A stretch of 63,286 bases of DNA, the filler included, from Hyphochytrium catenoides (Eukaryota > Protista > Hyphochytriomycota): the NCBI GenBank assembly GCA_900088475.1. It is 12 parts of 12 records of this genome, joined end to end, with 100 filler letters (N's around TTAATTAATTAA, not from the genome) between each part and the next. Parts side by side here need not be neighbours in the genome. Positions count along the whole stretch, not along the records: positions 41,236 to 61,351 come from FLMG01004084.1; positions 61,452 to 63,286 come from FLMG01002507.1; 10 more parts are not named here. The stretch is one strand, 5' to 3'. Made by a program: the position numbers and the translations under genes. This document shows, piece after piece, positions 50,801 to 63,286 of this stretch. The notes beneath the pieces are model-generated. The model was not told where the DNA came from, did no database searches, and saw nothing but the letters and a program-made list of their open reading frames with translations. How positions within the stretch are numbered: the first letter of the stretch is position 1; every line of letters starts with the position of its first letter.

Positions 50801-53800
50801 TTCATAGCTGGGACATCGTCTAGCTTCAGTCCAGCGCTCAGATAAGGCAGGTCCGCTTCAAGGTTGAAGCCAAAGCGCAGCCCCAGGCCAACGGAGGAGT
50901 CAATGACAGCAGCAGGGGCCATAGCAACTGAAGCCTTCTTGACGGTGACGCCAGCACTGCTTCCCAGAGAGATCTCTCCACCGTTCTGCAGGTGGTCTAG
51001 CAAGTCCTCCTTCGCCAGCTTGTCCAGCACCTCGTCAACGAGCTTGCTTGTGAAGTTAGCAATAGGCTGGGCTATCTTGTCCAGATCAACTCCCAAATAG
51101 ACATTCTTGAGGCATTTGATGTGATCCTGCTGGCTGTATCCTACGCCTGCACCTCCCACCATCAGCTTACCAGGGAAAGCGCCGGCCTCTGCATAGCTGT
51201 CGAAGGTAAACTTCAATTTGTCGGCCAATACAGGCTCGTCCCATACTTTCATATTCACACCAAGGCTTAGAGAGCTCTTTCCCTTGCCTTGCAGCGCCAT
51301 ACCAGAGATCTCCTGAGTCGTGGCCATTACATCGTCGAGCTTGGCTCCAGCCGTGAGATAAGGAACAGATGCAAAGACGTTGAGAGGGAAGCGAAGGTCC
51401 ACATCAGCCTTGGCTAGCACCACGGCACCAGACTTCAGATTCATTGCGATCTTCTTCACTGCGACGCCGAAGTTCTTCCCGATGGAGATCACCTCCTTGC
51501 CCGCCAGCAAATCGTCCATGAACGAAGCGTCCCCGACCTTCTTCATCACGTCATCCACGACCTTTCTGATCTTCTTAGCAAAAGGCTGAAGAACTCTGTC
51601 CATGTCAATGCCTAGCTGGATCTGCTCAAGTGCACGAATCCTGTCGTCCTTAGAGACACCCATAGAGAGGCCAGCAGCATTGATCCTAGCACCAAAGACA
51701 TCATGAGCAAGATAGTTGTCGAAGACAGCCTGAAGCTTCCGACCCAGGACGTCGTTGTCGTTAACGTTTGCCTGAGCCTCCACCACCATTGAGTTGTTTC
51801 CCTTGCCGCCAATCTTCAACCCACTGATGTCATTCAGAGCAGCTAGAACGTCGTCGATGGCCAGTCCAGCACCCATGTAAGGAATATCCGCAGCGATGTT
51901 CCAGGGCATGACCAAGGTGGTGTCTAGCGCTGCACCCACAGCAGAGGCTGGCAAGAAAGAGACAGAAGCGTTATTCAGCGCCACACCCACGTCCTTGGTG
52001 ATCTGGATCACCTCCCCATTCTCTAGTTGCTCTAGTAAGTCATCAGAGGTGAGCTTGGTGATGATATCATCCACCAGCTTACGCGTGAGGTTGGCGATCG
52101 GCTGCGCTACTCTGTCCAGATCCACACCCAGGTAGACATTCTTGAGGCATTTGATGTGGTCTTCTTGGCTGTAGCCCACGCCCATACCTCCCAGCACCAG
52201 CTTGCTAGGGAACACGTTGGTCTGCATGTAGGAGTCAAAGACAGTCTTCAGCTTCGCTCCTAGAATAGGCTCGTCTGCTACTTTCACCAGCACGCCAAGG
52301 TTGAGAGAGCTCTTCCCCTTGCCCTGCAGCGCTATACCAGAGATGTCATTGAAAGCAGCAGGCACTTCATCCACCTTCACGCCAGCGGTCAGATATGGAA
52401 CAGTGGTAAAGACGTTAAGAGGGAAGCGAAGAGCGACGTCTGCACCTACGTCTACCACGGCGCCAGGCTTCATTCCTACTCGTACAGATGGCACAGCTAC
52501 GCCAAAGCTCTCGCCAATCGTAATGACCTCTTTGCCGGCAAGCAGGTCATCTATGAACGCAGCGTCTGAGACCTTCTTCATCATGTCATCCACCACCTTT
52601 CTGATCTTCTTAGCAAAAGGCTGAGCAATCTTGTCCATGTCAATGCCGACCGTGACTTTCTCCAGAGCGTGGATCCTGTCCTCCTTGGAGACACCCATGG
52701 AAAGACCAGCAGCAAAAATCTTAGCGCCAAAGACATCCTTAGCAAGATAGTTGTCAAAGACAGTCTGGAGCTTCTTGGCGAGCACTTCATTGTCCTGAAC
52801 ATTTACTAGAGCCTCCAGCGCCAGAGAGTTGTTGCCCTTGCCACCAATTTTCAACCCGTTGATGTCATTCTGGGCAGCTAGAACGTCATCTACGGCGAGA
52901 CCAGCGCCCATATATGGCACATCTAGGGCAATGTTCCAAGGCATAATCAGAGTAGAGTCCAGACCTGCGCCTACAACCGAGGCTGGGAGGAAAGACAAAG
53001 TCGCTTTGTTCAATGAGACGCCTACATCTTCAGTAATCTTGATCATCTCTCCGTTCTCCAGCTGAGTGAGGAAGTCATCAGAGGTCAGCTTATTTAGCGT
53101 CTTATCCACGAAATCTTCTCCCCAGTCGGCCACAGGCTGGGCAATGCTGTTCAGGTTAAGAGGGACAAAGACCTGCGAGAAAGCATTGACAGTGTCCTCA
53201 GCGCTAGAACCAAAGACCACACCGCCTGCAATGAGAGTCCCTGGGAACACGTCCTGCGTCTTATAGCTCTCGAACACATGTCCGAGCTTCTCCTGGAGGG
53301 CGGGAGTATCCTCCACCTTCACGTTGGCGTCCATGTTGACAACCTTTGTGTCGTCGTACTTTAGCCCATTAATGGACATGACAGCAGCAGTTAGTTGGTC
53401 CAGGCCCACGGCGCTCTGTACGTAGCCAAAGTCAGCAGTCAGAGGGAGAGAAATACCAGTGAGAGCAGAGATATCCACTCCAGCCTCTGCCTTTACACCG
53501 ATGTTGGCACCAGACTTGACCGCCACAGCCGCCGAAGAAAGGGAAAGGCCAGTACTGTTACCCTTAAGGATACCCTGCTCAATCTCTACCACCTTGCCAG
53601 TGAAGTCTATAGGCTTGCCAGTAGGCAGAAGGATCTTGTCTGGGTTGATGGCAAGCTCCATCTTTCTAAAGGCCCGGATGTAATCATCACTGCTGTACCC
53701 GGCCTTCAGACCAGAGATAAGAATAGAGCTGCCTAGAGGAGCGCCAGCAAAGAACTTCTCAGCCAGCTTGCCAATGATGACTGGGGTCCGGTCGTCATTC

Positions 53801-56800
53801 TGGAACTGCATTGCCAAGTTGAGCTTCAGGTCATTCTTTTCGCCTGATGGCTTGATAGACAGGCCTTGAGCCAGCTCGGTAGAGACAAACGGCACCTCAG
53901 ACACGCCAACATCTGCTGCTGCGTAGCCCATGGAAACCGCTAGAGAGAAAGGATTGACGAGAGAAGCTTCAGTGCTTACACCCAGCCGCTTGCCAGGCTG
54001 TGTAGCGACATTGAGATAGCCAACCTCCACCCCAAACTTCTTCTGCAGGTCATCAAGAGAGGCAGGTAGTCCTAAGGTCTTCAGCGCGTAGTCAACGACC
54101 GGGCCGACAACATCGTTAATGCGCAGAGAGGGAGAGATGAGGCTAAATGACTTGATAGAATCCTCAGGACTGACGCCAAAAATCATGCCTTGTACACCAG
54201 CCATTCCAGGGAAGTTGCCGGTGGCCGTGTATCCGCGAGTAATGGCGCCAAGCTTATCGGCCAAAGCGTCAGTGTCCTGCACAGCTACGTCTGCCTTAAT
54301 GGCAGCTGTCTGCTCCTCAGAGACCTTCATACCGGGAAGAGAGACATGGAAGCCATCAATGTCGTCTACAGTCATCTTCGCACCGGCATAGCCGATATCC
54401 AGGATGGCCTTGAAGCCTAGGTTGACTGAGGCTTGTGCGCTAGCATTAACAACGCTTCCGGGCTTGAAGCCCACTGCCGCACCCTTGAGAGAGACAAGGC
54501 CACTCTTGTCGCCATCGATCTACAAGGGGCAAAACGAAGATGAGAGAGGTAAGTCCTATTGCTGGGAAGGGTGAGGAACGTGAGAAAGAATAGAAAGAGA
54601 GCAAAAGGGCAAACTTCATCATGTCCCCTACCTGCTGCTTGACGATCTTCACTACCTCTTGAGAGAGATCGATAGGCTCCCTACCCGCCGCGATAACAGA
54701 GTCCATATTCACGTCCACCTTCACCTTGGATAGTGCTCTAATGGTATCCGATGAAGAGGCTCCTAGTCCGAGGTTGTACACGCCCATAGAGGAAGAGAGA
54801 GGACCCCCGGTAAGAAAGTTGTTGAAGAGAACAGCCACTGCCTTTGGTGTCGCTTCTGTCTCTATGAACTGCAGCCCCATCCCAAGCTTCATCATGTTTG
54901 TCTGAGTACTGGGAGAGATCTCAAGGCCAGGAAGCTGGAAGCCTACGAAAGGTGCACCGCTAATAGAGATATCAGAGGCCACATAGCCGATCTTCACACT
55001 GAGCTTCATCTTGTTCAGCATTCCGACGCTGGCACCAACATCCATTGCCTTGTTGGGCTTGGTGGAGGCTGAGACCTCGTACAATGTGAAGTTTGTCTCT
55101 TTCTGGATGGCATCCAGAGTGGTGGGCAGCTTTATAGGCAGGAAGGTCTTAGCTTGCTCAATGATAGACGTTGTGTCAAACTTCTCCAGCTGGATTGTGG
55201 CGTCAACCTTAGAAAGAAGGTCGTTTGTCTCTGTGGCAGACGTACCAAAGAATATCCTTGCAGCTCCCACAGCACCAGTCACGCTTCCATCAATAAACTG
55301 CGATACCAGGCTAGCAACAATGTCAGGGAGCTTCTCAGACTCTTGGTTGAACGCCATAGAAAGAGAAGGTGCCATCTGCCCGCTCTCTCTCTTCAAGTCC
55401 AGGCCTTCCATCTTCATTCCCATCAGCAGGGTCTTCTCAACCTTGACGTCGGTGGCAAAGTAAGGGATAGCAGCAGAGATAGCTAGTGGGCTCTTATAGC
55501 TGAAGTCCAGTGCAGCAGCCATAGACGCAGAAGGTAGGGTCTCCATAGAGACAGAATTAATTGCCGGGACCTGGAAGTTCTTGAGAGTATCCTTATTAGG
55601 GAGAATCTTGGAAAGGTTGATCGGGCTTTCTTTCTTCTCGGCTGCCTCCGTAACCTGCTTCACCATCTCGTTGGTGATAACGACCTTCACCTTGGAGAAC
55701 TGATCAATAGTAGCAGGGTCCTCTTCCGCAGCTCCCTTGGGCACCAGCTTCAATCCCGTGACTGACAACTCTGGAGTCAGATCCTTGCCATTGAGGACTT
55801 CATCAACAATCACGGCAACCTTTTCAGCCATCCCATCAGCACCGGTAGCTAGCTCCATGTGTGCACCAATAGAGAGAGGGGCCTTGCCCAGAGAGAGGCT
55901 GATAGGCTCAAGGGAGACACCAGTAAGCTGCTTGCCGTCTACATTGACCTTGGTCAGCACGGATCCAACGTTAGCTGTCACGTTCAGTGGGTTATTGACG
56001 GTAGAATCGACTGCAGCATCAAGCTTGGTCGCGCTCTTGAGTTGGACTCCAGCGCCGTCAACAACCACCATATCGGGCTTCATAGCGTTCTTCACCATCT
56101 TCTTAGCGATGTCCTTCATCTTGTCGGTGCTCAGCATGACTTGGACTTTGCTGAAGGTAATGAAGCTGTCCTCCTGGGACTGCCCAAACTTGATGCCGCT
56201 GACTCCTAGATGTGCGGCGGGGCTGTCCTCCTTCAGCAGAGCATCCACCAGCTGCTGAGCTACTTTAGGGATATCCTCATTCTTAGGGATGACGGCCTCT
56301 ACAGCTAGGTCGTTGCTTGGCTTGGAGGCATCATAGAGCATTCCCTTAGGGAATGCCACGCCCATAAGGTTGACAGGTTTGTCTTTGTCTCCTGCAAGGG
56401 CATCCATTCCCAGATAGCCAAAGTTCGCGGTGACCTTAGGGAAGTCCTGGACAGTGAGGCCGATTGAGCCTGCTGCTTCAAAGCCTGAAACCTTGGTCAT
56501 CTGCGTGACTGCCATCTGGTTGATGATAACTGGCACGGCTGTGTAGTTATCTGTCATGTTCCCTAAGATTCCTTCAATGTCAAAGCCAGGCAGCTGGAGC
56601 TGCAAGGTGGTGTCCTGGAAGAGATTCTTGCTCCATTGGAATTGGTGGTTAGTGCTTGGGTCAGTGATAGAGATGCCACCAATGCCCGCGGCTGACTCTT
56701 GGTTGGCCAAAATAGGGTTAGCAATCTGCGCCATAGCCTCCGCAGCTTCAAGCGTGTTCACCGGAATGATCACAATGTCTGCTTTGAAATGCAGTCCCGT

Positions 56801-58357
56801 AGGCTCGTCATAATGAAGAGAAATATTCCCTATTCTGATCGCCAAGACATCATCTCCTTTCTTTATGCCGGACACGGTGATATCGGCCTGATAGTTGAAC
56901 TGCAAATCGGGAAGAGGAAGCTTCAAGGGAAGAACAAGATTGACAGAGGTGCGGATCTCCTTGCTTGTGGCCTCAGCAGTGAAGTTCACTTTTCCCAGAA
57001 GAGACTTGATACCCTCAGGGGTAGTCAGATCGGCAACATCCTTCACCAGAGGGCTCTTGAGAATTTCATCCACGGGAAGAACAAGCTCCAGAGGGTCAGT
57101 GATTCTCTCAACGAACTCTGTGCCAGGGATAGTGAACGGCCCAACCAAACTGACTCGCAGAGAGGTTAGACCTTCGCCTAAGAACTTGCTGATAGTATCA
57201 CCAATCGCTTTAGAGGCAGCATTATAGTCAAGACCCGTCGCCGTAGCATCGTACTCAAGTGTCAGAGCCAGCTCATTCATGTCTTGAACCAGTGTGAACT
57301 CTGAGACAATGAACCTGCCCATAAAGGCATCTTCCAGCTTCAGACCAAGCGACATACCCTTCAGCTGCATCTGCAGAACCAGAGGGTTTTGTACTAGCGT
57401 TGTCGTCTTGATGGTCATTCCCTTGTCTGTCACATCCATCTCTAGCGTCTTGACCGCAAGAGAGAGAGGAAGAGATGAGAGAGGGCTAAACAGCTGGTAA
57501 GACTGGATGCCGTACTGCTTCAGAGCCACCGCCTGCTTCAAGTCCGTCAGTGAGCTCTTCAGCATAAACTTGGGAATACTCTGCACAAAGTTGCCCACAT
57601 TATTGGTCACATCCCCCACAGGCACCGTCCTAGTGACTGGCAGCTTCTTGTACCAGGTAATACCGAAGACGGTGATGTGCAGAGGGGCCCAGACGTAGAC
57701 ATTAAGGTCCTTGATTCCCTCCGTGGAGCTCAACTGCTTCACAACGTTGACTACTGCTGGGTAGTCCTGGGGAGGAATGCTGATTGCGCCTCCAGTCCTA
57801 AGAAGAAGAGGCTTTCCAAGGTTGGTCGTCACTTCTGGAAGGCCAAGTACAGCCAGTCTCTCGTCTGTTCCTTTTAGACGCAGTTCCGCGTCCATGGATC
57901 CCAGTGTCACTGAGATAGAGAAAGGAAGGAACTTCTGGTTCACTCCTGTCTCTGTGGCGAAGGAAAGAGAGTTCGCCGAAAAGTCAGAGAGGTTCAGATA
58001 TGCCATAGAGATCTGGCTAAGATCTGCCCCTTCGACCTGTGACTGGATGATGGCTGGAATGGCCCAGAAGTACATAATCGGCGTGGTGATGGCGAAGAGG
58101 ATAAAGTTGACAGCCAGAACGTGAAGCGTGATCCACTGCCATCTCTTCAACCGCCCGTTGAAGTACCGCGCCGTCCCCTTTCTCTCTTTCTCTGTCAATT
58201 CAGGGTTATCGTCGTACTGAGGGCGGTACCACGCTCGCACTCGCCCCATGATACCGCGAGGAGTCTCTTCTTCGCCTCTCTCTCCGCCTCGCGGCTCTTT
58301 GAAGGTGTCTTCGGACACTCGGATGATGCTCTCATTGGAGAACCTTTGCGCCACCAT
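47863..58357 (-). CDS. Giant single-pass membrane protein with tandem LEA_2/DUF3712/Tag1-like modules (~3,460 aa, 2 exons: 58357-54632, 54519-47863)
   Basis: The 1303-aa and 2203-aa ORFs are joined by phase-0 intron 54631-54520 (CAG|GTAGGG...TTGTAG|ATC). One hydrophobic helix at ~aa 73-103, then repeated modules ending in G.S..D.I.A(F/L)S.V.V, then an S/T/P-rich tail. Family assignment is from motif recognition only. Confidence 0.9.
51020..53100 (-). repeat. Intragenic tandem duplication, period 1,035 bp (345 aa, two modules)
   Basis: Matching anchors: GTCATCAGAGGT at 52039/53074, CTGATCTTCTTAGCAAAAGGCTGA at 51566/52601, CTTGAGGCATTTGATGTG at 51106/52141. Confidence 0.95.
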
Positions 58358-59285
58358 GATCTGCTTTTATGTTCAAGAGAGAGGGTGTCTCTCTCTTTCT
58401 CTTTATAAAAAAGGGAAGAAGAAGGGATAAGAGGAAGGATCTTTTGAAAAAAAAGAAGAGGGAAAATAGCGGTGAAGGAGCACAGGTAGCTCCTCCTGAT
58501 CCCTGCCTGCCTCTCTCTTTTTCTCTCTCTCTCTCCTTTCTGCTCGTTTCCTATAGCGATCTCCGTCTCTGACGTCGGCCCAAGGTTGCTAGTGATAGAG
58601 AACGGAGCTCCGAGCTCTGAACTCTGTCGACCGGCCAGGCGATCAGTCAAGTCGGAAAGTGAAGGTCGAGAAAAGAAAGGAAGAAAGACACGAAGTGCAG
58701 CTCCGCTGTACATCCAGTAGTAGAGGAAGAGAGGAGGCACTCTGCCCTGCTGCTGCATTCTTCTGTACGAAGAGGAAGGCATTCTTTCAGAAAAGAAGAA
58801 GCAAGCAAGGAGCTGGGGAGAAGGGAAAGCTAAGAGGGTGGGAGGAGAGAGAGAGACAGAGTGAGAAGAGAGAGAGAGAGAGAGGGAAGGAGAGACAAGA
58901 CGAGGAGACCAAAGTGAGGTTGGAAAAAGCACAAGGTAGGGGATTGGCTGCACAGAAGACTGAGAGAGAGAGAGAGCGGGTACGAATCATCCGCAGTCAC
59001 AGTTTTGACCAAGAAATGGAAAAGAACAGACACGAAGACGCCTGTAAGAAAGAGAACAGAGTGATGATGGATGAGATGAAGAGACATACTCAACGGAGGG
59101 AAACTTTCTTTCAAAGAGAAAGAAGTGAGAGCTTGACGATTAGAGGTGATTGGCAAAGCAATATAGAGAAGACGAGACGGGCGCTAGGGGAATAAACAAA
59201 GAACCCAAGAGAGAGCATAAAGATCTGGAGAAGAAACGGAGAGGAAACAGAGAGAACGCGAAAGAGCAGGAAAGGAGGAGANNNN

Positions 59286-59331
<46 letters not shown>

Positions 59332-60107
59332 CGGACGCTGCCTGACTTTTCGGAAGGCCATCAACCACACATTACGGCCGTAGTAATACCACAGTAGTCA
59401 TCAGCTAATCCATACATACTTTATTGGAACCAGATAGTAATACGTAAGCAGATGACCGAAACTAAGATGTAGGTCATCTAAACATTCAGTCCAGGATGGG
59501 TGGGGAGGGGCGACAAAAGCAAAGGTCTTCGCAAAGAAAAATGGGACTCCTAAGAGTCGGTTCTTCTTTTGAAATTGATAGCTTATCACCAGTCATTGTA
59601 CCGGTAATTTGGTCAACGTGGCGGGTGGGATGGAGGCAGCGTCATCTCGCCCTTGGTTCTTGATTGGGGTCATCCCTAGGGGCATGGTGCTGAGGTCACC
59701 CACCGTCATTATATACTGTGAGTGGGGGTTTGTACCCTGGGGTCTGAATGGGGGAAGTCTATGTCTGACGGGCGTGACGGGGTTGTGGGTAGGGTTTTAC
59801 ACTCTTTTTTGCCTATTCTACAGAGGGACAATGGCCTAAGGTTTTATTAGCAATCTACATTCTCCATCTTAGACCTGACATAAAAGAGAAAGAGAGAGGA
59901 GCCAGGGAGGAAAGATACTTCAAATCACCGAGAAAGAGTGTGCAAGAGATCTACATATAATCTCAGAAACTAGGTATATTAGAGAGTACTTGTGAAAATG
60001 AAAGGAGGGAAACAGAGTGAAAGAGAGAGAAAAGAGTTGTTCTTTCGGGTGCCCTCAAAATGCAGTAACATTCTACCTCAAGGTAGGAAAGCATCAAAAG
60101 TAAAGAG

Positions 60108-60150
<43 letters not shown>

Positions 60151-63100
60151 CTTCATACCGACTCTTTCCCCGTCTCTCTCTCTCCCTCTTATTCTGCGCC
60201 TTTTCTTTCCATCTGCATGACTAGGCATCTGTCTATCTTCCTCCTCTTCTTCTACACATTTCTGAATGATCTCTTCTTTCTCTTTCTCTCTTCTTTTCAT
60301 CATTCTTCCGTCGTCCTTTCATCAATTTGTCGTTGTCTCTCTCTTCTTTGTCTCTTCCCGTTCTCCCCCTCTTGCCCTTGAGCTTTGACCTCCACTGTCG
60401 TGCAAATAAGCTGCAAATCTTTCTGTGGCGTCGGTCGGACACACGCAGCGGCGGCATTGCAGAAACAGAGAAAGAGACAGAGACAGAGAGAGAGGCTCAC
60501 ACTTGACGAGAGAGAGAGAACTCACACTCAACAAGAGAGGAGAGAGAGAACTGGCGATTAGGAGGAGGAGAGAGAGTTCTATCTCTTTGGACAACTCTTG
60601 ACATGTCAAAGTGATGATGAAGATGATCAGTGATGATGGCTCCTCCATTCCTTACTTTTCCTATCAGTCACGTCCTATGCTTCGCGAGTCATGAACCCGC
60701 TCGATCAGTCTCTCGTTCCCTCTCTCTCTCTCTCTCTCTCTCTTTCCTGCCGATCGTGAGGGTTCTGAACTGGATAGTATCATTTGGCTCTCTCTTCTCT
60801 CTCCCTCTTTGTTCGGCGTCTTCTGCGCTCTCAATTCATAGAAAAAGTAAAAAATAAATAAGAACCTCATCAGCCCTGCTTGTCTCTCTTTCTCTCTGTC
60901 CTTTTCTTCCTCTCTCTCCTACTCTCTTTCTCTCTCTCTTGTCAGTGTCTTCCATCACGGGCCTGTGGAGGGCTACAAGTACTCTTTTTATAAAGTCTTT
61001 GACTGGGCGAGGCAAAGAAGGGCGGACAACAAACATATCGGCCAAAGCAAGAAGTGATAGGCACGTCATACATTTAGCTCCTTTAGGATCTACCTCTTCT
61101 TCCTTCATCTCTTTCTCTCTCGTCTCTCTCTCTCATCTCTCTCTCTCTCTCTCTTTTACTTGTTCCATCGCTCTGCTCTACAACTGTGTCAGGTCTGAGA
61201 CCGAGAAGCTGCTAGTAGCCAAATTTGACTGCAAGGACGAAGACTGGACGGACAACAGAAGTTTGGGACGGGTTCTTCATTGTCACTCTCTATCTCCTGC
61301 TTCTCTCTCTCTCTCTCTCTCTATCTCCTGCTTCTCTCTCTCTCTCTCTCTNNNNNNNNNNNNNNNNNNNNNNNNNNNNNNNNNNNNNNNNNNNNTTAAT
61401 TAATTAANNNNNNNNNNNNNNNNNNNNNNNNNNNNNNNNNNNNNNNNNNNNCAACTGCAGCAAGGCTTGTCAAGGTTGGACAACATCGTGGAGGAGGGCT
61501 GTGAGAAGAGACCAAGATTCTCACGTTTGATGATAGGTGACAGCCGGAGCAGCAAGGAGGACAGTGAGTAACGAAGCGATAGAGAGAGCAAGGTGGTAAG
61601 AGACAGAGAGAGAGAAGAGACGGCAGTGCGAGTCACCCCCACCTGGGGGTCGGGAGAGGGGGGGCTCTGTGATGAAGGGAGGAGTAATATATAGGATCTC
61701 AGGTAGTTTAAGGGGGTTCTGGGGGGGGCCAGGAGGTTTGTGATCCCTAAGGTGGAGAGGGTTGGGGGAGGCGACAAGAAATGCCTTGGTGACGAGAAGT
61801 GGTGATGAGATAGACATCACCTACATCCTCCTACTACTGTAACCAACGTGCTGTCTGTCATAGAGGCTGGCTGAGAATGGATTCAATCATGGCAAGGTGG
61901 CCATCATTAGCAACAGAAGCGCGCTAGAAACCACCACCAGAGATTAGTAGGACCCTTTGCCCCATCAATAATCTTCCTCTTATCCTGTTGGAGCCTCAAT
62001 AACAAGCATGCTCGCTGATGACAGCAGAAGGAGGAGAGGGACTGCTGTTCCTCAAGGGATTTTAGTTCTTCCAATTGCTGTTTATCCTGCCGCCGCGGCC
62101 AGCAGTCGCAAGGAGTTTGACGGGTCTGGTGTCGCCCGTCTGCTGCCTGATAAGTGGTTAGTGACGACCTCTCGGCTCCGTTGTAAGTTGTTTGGCATCC
62201 AGACGGGGAGCACTGCTGGTTTGACCGACCTCACGGTGGATGGTACTTTGAGTGCGGGTCGGTTAGGTGGGCGGCCTCTCTGATCCAAAAAGTGCTACTA
62301 GCAACAAACACGACACCTTCCTAACCTATCGTCAAAGAATAACAGCAGCTGCTGTTATGCAGGATTGGAAGCATGGGAGTCCCAATGTCTTGCTAACTGC
62401 TGCAGTGAAAGAAGCGTCTAGTGTCAGATCACAGAACCAATTCACCAGGAGGAAGGAGTCATCATCGTCTCTTCTCTGCTCTTCAGAGCTTGTGATGAAC
62501 TTGTCTAAGTAACTAAAGCTTCTTCTTGATGATGAAAAGTGATATGCGGTTCCCAGGTGGTTATGTGATGAATGGCTTTGCGTTACCGAAGCCCTCCTTG
62601 TGGTTGGACGTCCTACAGAGAAGAAGAAGTGCTGGAGAAAAGAACTCTATAAGTGAGAAGCAAGTTAGCAGAAGAGGAGGGGTGATGTAGGTAGGATGTG
62701 GCGTAAGTAGGACTTCCTTTATCCAACAGTCATTGGCAAGTCGCATCGATTGCTTATAATATTACTAGGAGGTTGGTGCTACGTTTAGCTAGAACTAGCT
62801 GCACTCGTCATTTTCTGTTCGCATTAGACTTAGTGGTTCTTCTGCGGCCCGCATAATGCTTCATAAACTCTTTGTATTGGTGGTAGATGGGGATACATAC
62901 AGCTGCTATAATATGATGAAAGAAGGTCAAGGATACCAGTGGACCTTCACCGCCTTCCTACTACGTCAAGCGCTCTGTTCAGACACTAATAGGAGTCTAA
63001 TTGCTGCTGTCTGCCCTCTTTCTCTGTACTTTGCTAGCTACCCTGTTAGCCAATTAGTCAGAGCAGCTTTTTTTGGGCGGTTACTAGTCCCAGTGTTCGT

Positions 63101-63286
63101 TTTTCTTGGAGCTTCATGTAGATACACCAGCGCTCCTCAGAAGATAGAACTCAAGAGAAAGCCAATGAGCTGTGTTTGGCAATACCAGCTCTGGTTACAG
63201 AGTCTTTGCGAGTAGAGAGACCAGGATCGTTCATGTGCGACCAGAAGAAGGGGTGAGAGGATCCGGCCAGACGGCTCATCCTTATA

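Noticed and set aside
48098-58430. Numerous + strand ORFs overlapping the giant gene
   Set aside because: They are antisense shadows of a long codon-biased reading frame, with no recognisable products.
60300-61351. Exon-like fragments such as SETEKLLVAKFDCKDEDWTDNRSLGR
   Set aside because: I could not build a phase-consistent gene model or recognise a family.
1-63286. CRISPR arrays, tRNAs, telomeric repeats, intact transposons
   Set aside because: I saw no repeat-spacer array, cloverleaf, telomere tract, or transposase/reverse transcriptase motif.

Overview
Eukaryotic, intron-rich scaffold with extreme (CT)n/(GA)n microsatellite content. It is stitched from contigs joined by artificial 100-nt spacers (44N-TTAATTAATTAA-44N). 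Introns are GT-AG, often with CTAAC-like branch points, and the genetic code is standard. Most tracked ORFs are microsatellite or antisense artefacts, so the real genes were assembled by hand from exons. They are: an RWP-RK transcription factor, the 5' part of a heme-type cystathionine beta-synthase, RPL14, an intronless MYND-finger protein, a LamG/ConA + TRAF-zinc-finger protein, the 5' part of a sterol glucosyltransferase, ARPC5, a MINPP1-type histidine phosphatase, and a giant two-exon gene. The giant gene encodes a ~3,460-aa single-pass membrane protein of roughly 19-20 tandem ~165-175-aa modules resembling LEA_2/DUF3712/Tag1, including a recent 1,035-bp internal duplication; it is the most striking object in the window. 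Gene content suggests a non-fungal protist, possibly a stramenopile (inference only).
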